Shown here one piece after another: positions 28,046 through 41,214 of a stretch of DNA of 64,000 nucleotides. The notes under the pieces are model-generated. The model had not been told where the DNA came from. It worked only from the letters and a program-made list of their open reading frames with translations, and ran no database searches. This DNA comes from Schmidtea polychroa. Lineage: Eukaryota. The number at the start of each line of letters is the position of its first letter. The stretch's first letter is position 1. The stretch lies in the NCBI GenBank assembly GCA_044892525.1, contig CM097885.1, positions 39,992,001-40,056,000 on the forward strand, in the 5' to 3' direction. The position numbers were made by a program, and so were the translations under genes.

Positions 28046-29500
28046 TAATTAATTAATAATTAAATTAATTAATTAGAATAATAAATAAAATATACTATTT
28101 ATCAGTTTTGTAGTGGCCAAAGGTTGAATTTGAAAAATATTTTTCTTTATGAGTGGTTTTTTTATCAGTTTATGGGCCACTTGTATAATCTCTGTGATTA
28201 TATTTGACCAGAGATATCTATAATTTCGATAGTTTTATAATCTTCTCAACCCTGTAACCAAATCAGTTGGCCCATGAAAACAAGTATAAATAAAAGTTTA
28301 AAAGTCACTTTGAATATCATCAAAAATATCTTCAGATAAAGCTTATAAATAGAAATCTTTGTATTGTTATTTTTGCTAAATGTTTAAGTTGTTCGAGTTT
28401 GTCAAAAAGAAACATAATTGAATAAGACACAGGAGTATGAGTTGGAGTTAGGGCCAAACGTAATTCTCTAAAAACTACCTCTCTAGACGAATTAAATTTG
28501 TGTATTTAAATATTCAATAAAGGAAATATAATCTGTCATCATTGTCTTAAAATATGCTTCAAAACCAACAAAAAACAATTGGCATTGAGAAGATAATAGA
28601 ACAATTGGAGTTGCTAGACCTAGTGACCACCATTCAAAAATTTAACCTTGTTATTCTGGACTTATTACAGAACGCATTACCTTTGTGAAGGATTAATAAA
28701 GATGTCTAAAGATAAATTTACAGAAAAAGTCAGGTGAATAATTATTGCTCCTTCATAATTCCAGTGAAATATAAACTTTTAGTTTTGAAATTTTTATCTC
28801 TTTATATTTGTAATTTTGGTGGCCATCGTAATTCTTGTCAGGAGTTAGTTTACAGACATTTGCTGTGATATTTACATCAGTGCACTTCCGACGTTTTGAC
28901 ACCTTCATTTGACTGAATTTAATTCAGTTAATTTCATCTTATTTACAAGTGAATGGCTTCGGGTTTGTAATTATTACCAAATTTTCTTTTAATTATTGGC
29001 GTATTTAGCATATAAATGTGGCTTATTAAATTGGAATTTCCATTTTTGAGACAGTAATTATTTAGCAGAGTGACACGTAAATGATGACGTCTTCCACCAG
29101 ACTGTATGCTATTGCACATTCTTTGTACGAAACTCATTTAATTGCCTGGATCATCTATTGAAAACTTCCTCAAGACTAGATATTACAATATTTCCCATTC
29201 AAAATAATAATAATACAACCTCATATATCCTTAGCTCAATTTCTTTCTGCCTTTAATGAGAAAAATTTCATTTATCCCTTTTATATAATTCTATCTTACA
29301 TTTTCCGGACAATGCTTAAATTTAACATTTCGTTGGAAGAACTCTTCAAATAACCCTTTACTTGTACCATGTATCATATATGATACATAAGCGCTTAAAC
29401 AAAAGAAATACATTGCATAAGTACTAAATTTTTTCCTTTATATAAATATTTATATTCCTTTAATATTTTGATATACATTGGTTACGGCATAACTGCAACA

Positions 29501-30051
29501 CAAGGACGTAGCTAGGGGCATAGGGAACATTTGTCTCATCCCCAAATAAATTTTAGATTATCAAATATAAATTAGGGTATAAAAATTTGAAGAATTTAAA
29601 ATTCAAACCGACTACTGCTCTAGATACATTATCAAGATGTGATCAAAGTTTTTATAAAAATATTTATTTTCTTCTCACAACATTTGCTACTTTGCCCGTA
29701 TCAATTTGCACAGCAGAGCGTTCTTTTTCATCACTTAAATACCTGAAGTCATATTTAAGAAATACAATGGATGAAAAAGGTTAAATGGTTTGGCTTTGTT
29801 ATATATTCATCAAGACATTAAAATAAGTCCAGGTGAAATACTTTTTGAATTAATGAAGGGACAAAGAAGAATTAACATTATATTGTAATATATTCTATAT
29901 AATATTCATTGTTAATAATTAATAATAAATGTTTTAATTATCTTAAAATATTTTTTTCTATTTTTCCGTGTCAACTTTTAACGTTGCTCGATGAATTGCA
30001 ATAATTAATAATTTTGCCCCTCCCTAACCTGAAATCCTGGCTACGTCCCTG
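29501..30051 (+). mobile_element. hAT deletion derivative with dimerisation-domain remnant
   Basis: TIRs CAAGGACGTAGCTAGG / CCTGGCTACGTCCCTG; degenerate 8-bp TSD CTGCAACA / CTGTAATA; peptide TLPVSICTAERSFSSLKYLKSYLRNTM. Confidence 0.85.
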
Positions 30052-30531
30052 CTGTAATATTTAATAATTTCTCAAGATTTTGAATGTTCTTCCAAGATCA
30101 AAATATTCGTAGTCATTGTTTTATAATAATTTATTTTAATTATTTTCTATTTCAAATAGTTTCCTTAATAAATTTATTTTGCTTTATGAAAGAAATTAAT
30201 TTTATTAATTAATTTTATTTTGTTGTTTTATTAGCCCAAAATATTTTATTTTTTATTATTTTTTATTAAAAAATTATAACTAGACTAGTTAAACTAGTCC
30301 ACTTATGATATATTACTAAAATTCTTTATTTTTTGGTCACCTTTTCATGATATTTGAGCATAATAATAAAAACGATGTCATCTTTTGTAAAAATGAAAAT
30401 AAATGAAATATTTATTTTAATAAAGATTTTTTATTAATTTTAGAAGTAAATAAAATGTTTGTCAATAAATCTATAAATATTAATAATAAAAACAAGAATT
30501 TTTTAGATTTTTTTCATTTAATAATCTTTAG

Positions 30532-30682
30532 ACAACACGAGTATATAGACGATGAAGAAGACACGGATGTTATTAGCTGTTTGGGAAACATTCTTTTGAG
30601 GGAGAAGCGAACTAATTTTGGTGCATTATTTACTCAATTTATAAATCGTCCACGACAGTCCATTAAGAAATCTGTTCCATGA
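30532..30682 (+). CDS. Possible terminal exon of an unidentified gene
   Basis: Acceptor-like tctttag followed by an open stretch of higher GC ending in TGA; no recognisable domain. Confidence 0.25.
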
Positions 30683-33250
30683 GTTAATGATAATATATTT
30701 ATTGGATGAATTCTGATAATGAGTAAAACAAATTATTTTCTCCAGGACTTGCGCTCGTTAGGAATTTTTGTTAATTAATTGGGGGTATATTATCGGATAG
30801 TTGATGGTTTTTATAATTAATATCGTTCTTTATTTTATACGCTTTTTACGATGTAGGGTTAATATTTTATTTCAAGACTTTTTCAATTAATATTTGACAA
30901 TAATATTATATATACAAATACGCGAAGTCAGCTCTTGTTATGCAAGAATTCTTTTGAGAATTAAAAATATAATGAATAATTTTCATTTTAAAAGTATGAA
31001 AATAAAAATAAAAATCATAATGGAAGGGGTGTGCCGGAGTGTCTACTGCAATAATTGTACTTTAGAATTTGGCTTGCTCGAGAAATAACTCAAATATAGA
31101 GTATTTTATAAAAAATAAAAATTAATAAAAAAATTTCAAGGTGTGAAGGGAAAGATAAAGTTATTATAAAGAAATATATACAGCAATATAACTACTTTGC
31201 GTTGCTTCCGTTTGAGTAGATTATTTTGTGACAATCAATTTTAATTTTGCGTTATTTTATAATTCGAGAAAATAATATTGTTAAACAATTAAAATAAAAA
31301 TGTGCGAGTGAAATATTTGGATTATTTGACATGAAAAATACATGAAAAATGCTGCTTCGATTTGCGTTGTTCCAGATTATGTATCATTTTTGCAATACCA
31401 ATTATGGACACAAAGTGAGGTATTAGTGTACTATGATACTAATATTATTAAATATTTTGGAAGAGACTGGTAAATTATTAATCGGGGGCTTAATAATACT
31501 TTTAATTAAATAAATAAATTTTTATTGATTAATTTTGATGCCACATTGAATATAATTACAAAATTATTACAAAATAATTACCAATGTTGTTTAAATAATA
31601 GTTTTTGGATAAAGGGTTATTTTAAATGGATAAAGAAGCATCGAAGAATGGATCCAAATAAACTATTTATGAATCTTTAGTGTCTTCCTGTCAGATGAAA
31701 CTGGAGTTTTATGAAATGATTTCTAAACAGAAGCAATTTCAAAGGAGGAAGCAAAATCATGGTTTTTGGATGCAATTACCAATTATCAATATGATTGTTG
31801 AACTGGCCGAAATTAATCAAAAATGAGATGAAAGATTTGCTAAATTCGAAATCAGGATAGGAAATTTTTGGGAAAGTATTTTTTATTCAAGAATTAATCG
31901 TGAAGAAATCGTAAGAGATATTATTTCTAAAAGATGCTTTAAGTATTGCTTTTGGAGAAAAAATAGTTTCTAAGCCAATTATGAAATTAGAAAATATTCG
32001 AAATTTAATTAAATTATATGAAAGTAAGGAATATTCGCAACAATCTTCTTCAGAAATATTCGTTGATGATGTTCAAAGGAAAAGTTATTCCGATGCTTTA
32101 AACCAGTGATGCCAACAATATTTTCAAAAGTGCCAAAAAGAAATTTTCTTAAATAAATAGTACCAATTTAAAAAATTCAAATATTTTATTAAAATCATTC
32201 GTTAATATTATTGGCTAATTCTTCAAAATAAATTGGATCATCATTCATCGATATTTTAAGTTGAATATTTAAATTTGAATTTAGTAATCGATTCCTGTGT
32301 TTATTTTTAATTATTTTCAAAGCTGAAAATAATTGCTAGCAAGAATAAGAACTACCAAATAATGAGAAGATAATTAATGATTTCAAGGTTAAGATTGTTT
32401 CGAAAACTTTAACAATTATTGAAGTTTAAAGAGTGCCAATAAAAGGCTAACACGTCCCTCATTTTGGGAACCACTGCTTTAAACCATGGACGTCAAAGTC
32501 TGAATTTAGATAGTTAAGCGTAAAAATACCATAATATGGATAGGAAAACTTTTGAAACAGAAATAGTATCGCTGAACCAATTGTGTCAAACAAAAATTAT
32601 GGAAATAAAGTAAGTCTTAATTATGAGAATACTTCGGCTGATTTTAATAGATTATATAATAATGAGAAGATTGGCAATGAAAATCAAAGATTTAGACCAA
32701 TTTTATCAGTGAAATATTAATCAAGGAGATTATACAACAAGTGTCTTGGATTACTTGAACCAAAGGAAGAAATATTATCACAGGGCCAATGCTACCATTT
32801 TGGTGAAGGTAAACATTTACGTTTTGAATAACTATTGAAAAAGTAATTCATATAATGTGGAAAAGAAGGACAATTTTTAAGTTGACAAAGAAATGTCAAA
32901 TATAGAAAGGTAATTTATGTTTCAGAAGAAGGTTTTGATTTAAATAGTTGTAGCGTTGTTTATGAAAGAGAGTTGCCGAAATATGATTTGTTAATAAAAA
33001 TATATTATTATTTATTAATAAAATCATTACTTAGTATTTTTAAAAAATCATAAAAATTGTTTTAAAATTTAAAAAATGCTTCTAACAAGTAATCACTTTA
33101 TACTATAAAAAAATAATATTACTACCAGCAGGGTAGTTTTTTGTCTCTTTAATCTGTTTTTTTTATAATATTTCAATTATTTTAATTTTGACAAAAAAGA
33201 ATAAAAATTAAATTTTACGCAATACATTTTTTGATCTTTATTTCAATGAA

Positions 33251-33359
<109 letters not shown>

Positions 33360-33542
33360 GGTGAAAGAATCAAAGATATAAATGTTTTTGATTTATATTT
33401 AAGAGAGCCGAAACATTAAAGAATTCGTTAAATAATTAATTTAATAACAAAAATAATATATTAGTTATTTTTATTTTTATCCATATCATTTGTATCATAA
33501 TCTCTATACGTTTGTATAATTCAAACAAGTTTCGATAACTTG

Positions 33543-35468
33543 TTAACTATTTAAACTGTCATTCTCATCTTTGGCCAGCTCCATCATCCAGTTCATATCC
33601 TTAAAAAATTCTGGCAACATCTGATCGAGTTTAGCAATTGTTTTATAAATCGGTTTCTTCCAAGATTGGTGAAGGTTTTTTCCAGCAGAAATGGCTTCGA
33701 AAAATTCTCTCAGTGTTATTTGAACGGTTGTTAAGAATTCGCATGGTACCTGGAATGCCAAACGTTAAAAATGTCTTATTAATTGTTATTTCAATAATTA
33801 CAACGATTTGTTTTTTCTTATTGAAATGGGTCATAAGGTTTTTGAATAATTCTGACTCGACTGTCACATCGATGTCTTTGGCGTGCTGAATACCATTTGA
33901 AACGGCTCGTTGAACCGCCTTCTCCATTTCATTGTAATAAAATTCTCTGAATAAATTAAACATTATCAATGAAAAGAAATCCCAAAATAATCCCATACCG
34001 GAAATTACTGAACCATTTTACGAGTTGAGCAGTGTTCTGTTTGTAGAAAGTGATATCAGGAAAATAGCTCTTAAGCATTTGTGAGTTCGGATATCGGGTA
34101 TAGAGGAACATAAGTTTGGCCTTTCGTAAATGAATCGGAGTTAGCGTATATCTCTGAAAGTTTTAAATTAAATTAAATTAATTTGTTGGATTATGTTTGA
34201 TTTTAATCATTGGGGGTTAGTAACCATTATTGTTATCATTGAAAGTCAACATAGATAGGGTTGTTGTTAATCGAATGCACTGTGGAAAGCCATAAATGTT
34301 GAGTAGAAAATTGTACCAAGATAAGATGATATTAGATATGATGATGAATGTAAATACGGCCCGCATTTTACCTGTACTCAGAGATATGAATTGCGATAAA
34401 AAATATTAATTCAGTCTGTATGTTTTAATAATGAGTACGTACAAGAAATTTTTATGATAAAAATGTCGTGATTCTTTGTTTGTATTAAACAGACGGTTGG
34501 AGAATTTAACATAAAATTTAACCCACTTTTGGATCACCAGGTGTTTCTTCTGAATGTGATGACTGGGAACTGTTTGATGGTGGATTTAGGTAATTGGAAA
34601 ATCGTGTTGTTTCCGGTATTGTTGATTCGTGGAGATTCGGGAAGTTACTTAGACTCTGACTTGTATTGCGCCTTGGAAGACGGGTATCAGTGACTTTTGT
34701 TCGTTTTCTTTTTCTATTCGATGATGATTTGAGTATGTTTTGCAAACTGAAATGAGTATTAATGTCGATGTTTGAATTAGTATATTGTTTGGAAAAGTTT
34801 TCTGGTAAAACTACTGGAATGTGTGATGTTGTTTCTGTTTGATTATTTTGATTCAGCCTCGAATGAAAGAGTTGTGATAAGTTATTGAAATAATTCGGAA
34901 TTGAATCGGGATTAAATGAATTCGGAAACAGGTTTTTCATATTTCGTCGGGGATAAATTGAATTCGGATTTGTTATTGTTTGATTATGAAGAGTTTTATT
35001 GAAAAGAAATTTCTGGAATTGATTGAGCATGTTTACTCCTGTATCTGAAGCACTAGAAACGGGGGGTCTTAAAAAATTCCATGGAGGATTTTGGGAAGGA
35101 TTGCAAAATTTCTGAAGGTTGTCTAAATTTGACTGAGAGGACTGAAAAAAATCAACATTTAGATTGTTGAGTTTTTTATTTGATTGAGCGTGAAGTTCTC
35201 TTTGTTGTATCACATTGAAAAGTATTTGTTTCATGCGTTCGGGATTTGAGAGCTCGGGTAGAACTTCTGAAAGGTTCATTATCTCATTAGACGTTGGTTC
35301 TTCATGACTTTGTCTCAATCTTTTTTCTTTCACTGATAAATCAAGAATTGAATCATCGCCTTCTTGATTGAGCAAAGACTGAACTGAGTATGGTTGTGAT
35401 GAATTCATTTTTGGATTCTGTACTTTACAGCACATTGAGGATGTTGCGATTCCAACTGACTTTATCAT
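33543..35468 (-). CDS. prox1: Prospero/Prox homeo-prospero transcription factor; predicted exons 35468-34527, 34153-33999, 33946-33802, 33749-33543
   Basis: Spliced translation [19 protein letters not shown]...[18 protein letters not shown]...TLREFF..I..GK....[14 protein letters not shown] is the Prospero homeodomain plus Prospero domain; RTKVTDTRL motif in exon 1; two 52-nt GT-AG introns in compatible phase. An extra small exon in 34154-34526 or further 5' exons cannot be excluded. Confidence 0.95.
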
Positions 35469-36097
35469 GAACTAATGAAATACTTTAAAACAGCTTAATT
35501 TTTAATCAGCAAGTATAATCACCTATTTTAAATTTAATATCAACTGAAAGTTTTTCTATTAATTAAGAATTCTTTTTGAATTCATACAAATGTATATATA
35601 TATATCTATATATATATAAACATATACACATATATTTGCATTAAGAGGAAGAAAAATCCAATGTGGAAAATATTTACGACAATTATTTGAAGAACCTTAA
35701 TTTAGTTAATTTGATTGGTAGCATTAAAGATAAAAGGCACGAATAAGAAGATTGCATCTTCTATTTATGAGGTAGCGCGAAAATAGTAAGAGTAAAATTG
35801 TCTTATCCAATCAAATTCAACTTAGAATTAAAAAAATTGATGGAATACACACAAACAAAAATTAACTGTGTGTGATTGTGTGTTACTATTTAGAGTGGTG
35901 CGGATTTTTAATTTTTTAATTCAAAGAAATTTTCTACAAAAATAAATTGATTAAAAATTTTAAGGAATTTTTAACATAAATTTATATGTAATTATTTAAT
36001 TTTATATATTTAATAAAGCGGAACACATAAAAGAAAGTCTTCAGAATTAGAAGTGTTAATAAGAGTAATCTCTTAATAATAAATAGTAATAATAATG

Positions 36098-36181
<84 letters not shown>

Positions 36182-36535
36182 GCAATGATAAATGTAAATA
36201 TAAACTTTCGAAATTAAACAAATGTCAAACAAACATATGACCAAACTTCTCGGATAGTTGTTTCGAATATTTGTCTGCAGAATGCCCTGGTTACTCTTTA
36301 ACTGAGTAGAAGGTAGCTAAGCCTTTCATAGTCTGCTTCATAATCTATCAGTGGTTATCTGTTTTAGCATATTATAAAAGTGTTAAAAAAAGTGAGAAAA
36401 ATTTTCGTTATTTAAATAAAAATTTCAAATGATATTAAATGATTTCTATATGATTTTTTTCTATATAAAATTGAGACCCAGGCCCAATATTTCAGAGGAT
36501 ATGGGGTAGCACCGAGATCTACATTTATACGAACC

Positions 36536-37204
36536 CATGCCCGAATTAACCTCTTTGTAGGCCCTAGGCACTTTTACCTTTAACCCTATCGAATAGTTTT
36601 TTGCCAGTATCCCTAATGAAGTCAGCTGTGGTTTATTTTTAAAATGCCTTAATTTAATTCCAAAGTGTTTTTGTTTAACAACACTTTATTTAAATAACAA
36701 AGTTTAGTTTCATTCCATATTGGTTTATTTTATGAATGTTATTTTGTGAATATTATATTGGTGCCTTTATTTCGCTTTATAACGTTTTTCTACTACGATC
36801 GAAATTACATGAAGAAATGCTTAAAAGAATAAAAAATTGCCTCCGATCAACTATGGAACAGGAACGATTATCATCTCTTACGCTTTTATCAATTGAAAGT
36901 GATTTAATGCGAGAAATTAGTTTCGAAGATGTTATTGTCGAATTCGCCAATAAAAAATGTAGGAAGGTTAGTTTAGGTAATAATTAAATAAATTGTTTAC
37001 TAAATTAATGATTTTTTTTTGGTTTTTTGAAAATAAATTTTGAATTATTTTGGAGTAAGTGAAGTTTTTCTTTTCATGCTTTGGTTGAATATTTATTATA
37101 TAAATTTTTCGTAAATAATGATATGTATACATTTTCGTAGGCCATCTACAGTTCGTAGGCCCTAGGCACTGTGCCTATTGTGCCTATGGGATAATGCGGG
37201 TATG
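36536..37204 (+). mobile_element. hAT deletion derivative
   Basis: Perfect 8-bp TSD TACGAACC; TIRs CATGCCCGAATTA / TAATGCGGGTATG; peptide LKRIKNCLRSTMEQERLSSLTLLSIE. Confidence 0.88.
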
Positions 37205-37595
37205 TACGAACCATCTTTTCATCTTTAGATTCCCAATCCATGACAGCTAATATTCTTTTTTCATATATTCACGCTTTCAATATTTTGAGTGGTATCGAAC
37301 AAATAGTTTTGAATATATATTTTAATTTTAAGTATGGTATATACCACCGTATAAGTCAACTGGTCATATAAGTCGTGGTCAATTTTCTGGTCTGAAATAG
37401 AAAATTTAGTCATTATTACTTTTAATTTTGACTTTTAAATTTTTCGTTATTTTGAGACAAATGACTCAAATAAGTTGTAATGTTTTTAGAATTTTTTAAT
37501 TTTATGATTTTTTATGATTTCAAGTCATTACAGATGCATAGAAGATGGGGTCGAATTAATTAAAGTCAAAAGACTGATTTGACATCAACTGACTG

Positions 37596-37992
37596 CAGTG
37601 CTCGAAGTGGAACAAAATATGTGCCGGGATAGGCATGCTGTGGCAACCGGGATTCCAGGCTTTTATGCAGAAATTTTCAGTTGGGGGTGTTGCAAAACTT
37701 TGGGGGGTGTCCACCCATTTAATCATAAGTTTCAGAATATACCTACCTATCCATTAATGCTGCTTGGGAAATTCTTAATTGAATAGAGAATAGAGAATAA
37801 AGAATATATATATACATACATATATGGATGTACTATGTGTGACCTTAATTGCAGTATTTGTGTGCCTATAAAATGAAATAAGTACCGGGATAAACCTATA
37901 GATTATATGAAATGAAGTGCCGGGATGCTATTCCGCCTACATAATCAATGCCGGGATAATATCCCGGCTATCCCGCCTCACTTCGAGCACTG
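37596..37992. mobile_element. hAT-type MITE
   Basis: TIR CAGTGCTCGAAGTG / CACTTCGAGCACTG; 8-bp TSD ACTGACTG. Confidence 0.88.
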
Positions 37993-38629
37993 ACTGACTG
38001 GGACTAAGAGTCGTTTGGGAGAGCAATAATCACAATATCTGCTTTTGAAATAAAACATCCAAAGTTTCATTATCTTTCAGAAAGAAACAACTCTAGTTTC
38101 CTTCCTTAGTCAATATTTCTGATTAAAACAGATTTTAAAAGCAAGAGTCTTGTTCATAGGGTAACAGCAGAAGATGTTCTTATGCTCACTCAGATGTTAT
38201 GACATGTGATTCAATTGTTAATGGAATGTGGCCTAGCTGCGTGCATGGACCGGTATCATAATGTCATTATTTGTATAAATACATTTTACTGCCTGAATGC
38301 TGCTGACTTCATGTGATAGTATTATATAAGTAAATCTGTGGCTGACTTAGAACTTTAGAAGCATGGTCATAAACCATGAAAGTCTCTAGCCAGACTGGAA
38401 ATTGATATCTGGTTCAGACCGAATCTGAGTCATGAGTACCAAGGTCCAGTCTCTACAAAATTGCATTTGGTATTAAAATTTAAATAATGTTGTCCCATGC
38501 ATACAGTGCATTCCATCTCCATGCACTGAATGATTCATTACTGGTTGGCTTGAGACTGCCCTACTTTGAATACAAGTTTATAATATGTAGTACTAACTTG
38601 TTTTAATGTTGATGTTATCTACTTGCTGC

Positions 38630-38810
38630 AGCGACTATTGCGCACCGACGATTGCGCACAAGCAATTATTTTATAATATTTTATTATTGTTGAGTGTGAC
38701 CAGTACCCATAGAGGGACAAAATATCTTGTCGGATATAGCTTGCTTAGTTGTACTGCGCGCTACGATTCTGCGCTCAATCGTCGGTGCGCAAAAGTCGGT
38801 GCGCCATCTA
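38630..38810. mobile_element. Small foldback repeat, MITE-like
   Basis: GCGCACCGAC..TGCGCAC at left and GTGCGCA..GTCGGTGCGC at right; ends and TSD not resolved. Confidence 0.45.
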
Positions 38811-38946
38811 CTTCGTTGTTGATATACCAAATTGCTTTTGATCAAAATAAAATAAAATAATTGGTTTTTATACAAAGAAAAGTTGGTATCATTCTAAACA
38901 AGAAACACCAAGAAATTGGTATGCTGCTGTTAATTGTGTACAACAT

Positions 38947-39081
38947 CAGTGGCGTACGCAAGGGGGGGGGTTACTGTGGTTTAACCCCCCCCCCCCCCCC
39001 CGCATGAATCCAACAACAATATAAAAAACTATAATTAATAAATATATAAACTTAAAACAATTAAAGAAATATTCAGAATGC

Positions 39082-39161
<80 letters not shown>

Positions 39162-39232
39162 CCCCCACCTCTATATATATAAAAATAATATATATAAAAC
39201 CCCCCCATGGATTCATCCTGCGTACGCCACTG
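38947..39232. mobile_element. hAT-type MITE
   Basis: TIR CAGTGGCGTACGCA / TGCGTACGCCACTG; TSD TACAACAT / TACTACAT. Confidence 0.85.
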
Positions 39233-39499
39233 TACTACATATTTTATAAACATTAATTATAAAAATGAACATAGTAACACATCAACCCATTTATGCAATG
39301 AAAAATACAGAAAAATACAACATAATATCAATTTGAACTGAGATCGTTTAAATTATATTTATCAGTAAAATCTTTATCATTTTCTTTAACTTTCATCTGC
39401 TTTTCTTTGAAAATTTATTTATTTTCATTACAACTATAAATCAAAACTTTGTACATTCCTATATAACCCAAATTATGTTCGGTTATTTTGTGTACTTTT

Positions 39500-39990
39500 T
39501 TTGCTGTATCCCATGGCATTCTCAGGCAAACGATCCGATTAAGCAGAAAAAATAATTTTTCCAATGATTCCTTGATAGTTACTTTTTTAGTTTGTAAATC
39601 CATATCCACAAATCTTATGACCTGGGAAAGTTGTTCCCGATATCCTAGATCAGGAGTTGAGTCAAGTAAGATGTCGTAGTACTTGTTTTTCCTGATATCA
39701 CTTAACAATTGCTTCCTTACAGTTGACACAAGTATGTGAATAAATTCATTTTGGATTTCTGGTGACAAATTGGAAACTGATCCTGGATTTTCTTATGCGT
39801 GTTGGATGTGTTTCACCAACAGTGGGTCATACTGAACAACGAGTTTGATCAGCGCGAGAAAGTTTCCAATATTTTTATAATTTTTGGCATTCAAACTTTC
39901 CTCATGGCCACGTAGTGCCAAATTTTGTGAAACCATAAACTTAATACAGGTGAGTATTCTTTGCAATATATCTCGCCAACGTTGTTTTCA
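39500..39990 (-). pseudogene. hAT transposase fragment (ZMYM/DUF4371-like region)
   Basis: LALRGHEE, GNFLALIKL, SPEIQNEFI, LDSTPD..EQLS. Confidence 0.8.
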
Positions 39991-40740
39991 CTTATTCGAG
40001 CAAAATTATAAAAAAATTTAGATAATCATAAACCAAATAATTTATAAATTTTATTTTTAAAAACACTCAAATAACATTTTTATATCAAATTAAATTAAAT
40101 TTTACATTAATTTTACATTATTTTATATTCATATAATTTATCACATAAGTTTTCATGCATCAAATCATAATTTACACACCCAATGCTCGTTAATCCCTTA
40201 TTTTGCTCACTAATATTAATCAATTCATTCAGTCAACAATGATCAAGAACTTGAGAAAGGATATGAGGGGTAGTCAATGCCTATGTATGTGACATTGCAC
40301 TTATGACATTTAAATTCATAAATAATATATAAGTGATATTCGGTTGACGTTTTTTAATATTTACGAAATTCGTTAAATTTCGAATTGGATTAATTTCTCA
40401 TACGATTATCATGTTTCTGCAATTGAAAAATAAAATAGACAATTCTCACTTCAATTAAACCTATTAAAATAACCTCGCTACCGAACGACCAACTTTGATT
40501 GGGAATGAATAAAAGAAATGAGCGGACTTCAAATAATGACATTGTTTCGTGTTTTGTCATTTATCAAACAATAACATAAGAAAAATACATAAATTGAAAA
40601 GCTTTTCTTGGAAATCTATCATTTTATTTGATTGATTAATTTTGTTTTAATTTCTATTGTCGCGCTGAATTGAATGATTCATTTAATTTCAATAAAACCT
40701 TTTATTTGCTCCTCCTCCTTCCAAAGACATCGATAAATAG

Positions 40741-40904
<164 letters not shown>

Positions 40905-41157
40905 ATGGTGATTTCTTGGTAGCAGCATTTATTATTTAAAACAATAAAGTGATAATTTAGGCCTTTTGCTCATAATGTATTTAATGAAAAAGTTTTTGAC
41001 TATAAGATAGTCTTTGTCAATCTCCTGGAATTTAGCATTCCTCTTCTCGAACGTACATCTTGATCTTTCTTTTATTTCCTTTTTCTTAATTCTCATTGGT
41101 TAAAAATATAATATAATGATATACTTTCTTCAAAAGGATTAAATTATCACTTTATTG

Positions 41158-41214
<57 letters not shown>

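Noticed and set aside
34154..34526. U12-type (AT-AC) intron or twintron as in Drosophila prospero
   Set aside because: No ATATCCTT or GTATCCTT donor is visible on the minus strand; an ordinary phase-0 GT-AG intron fits.
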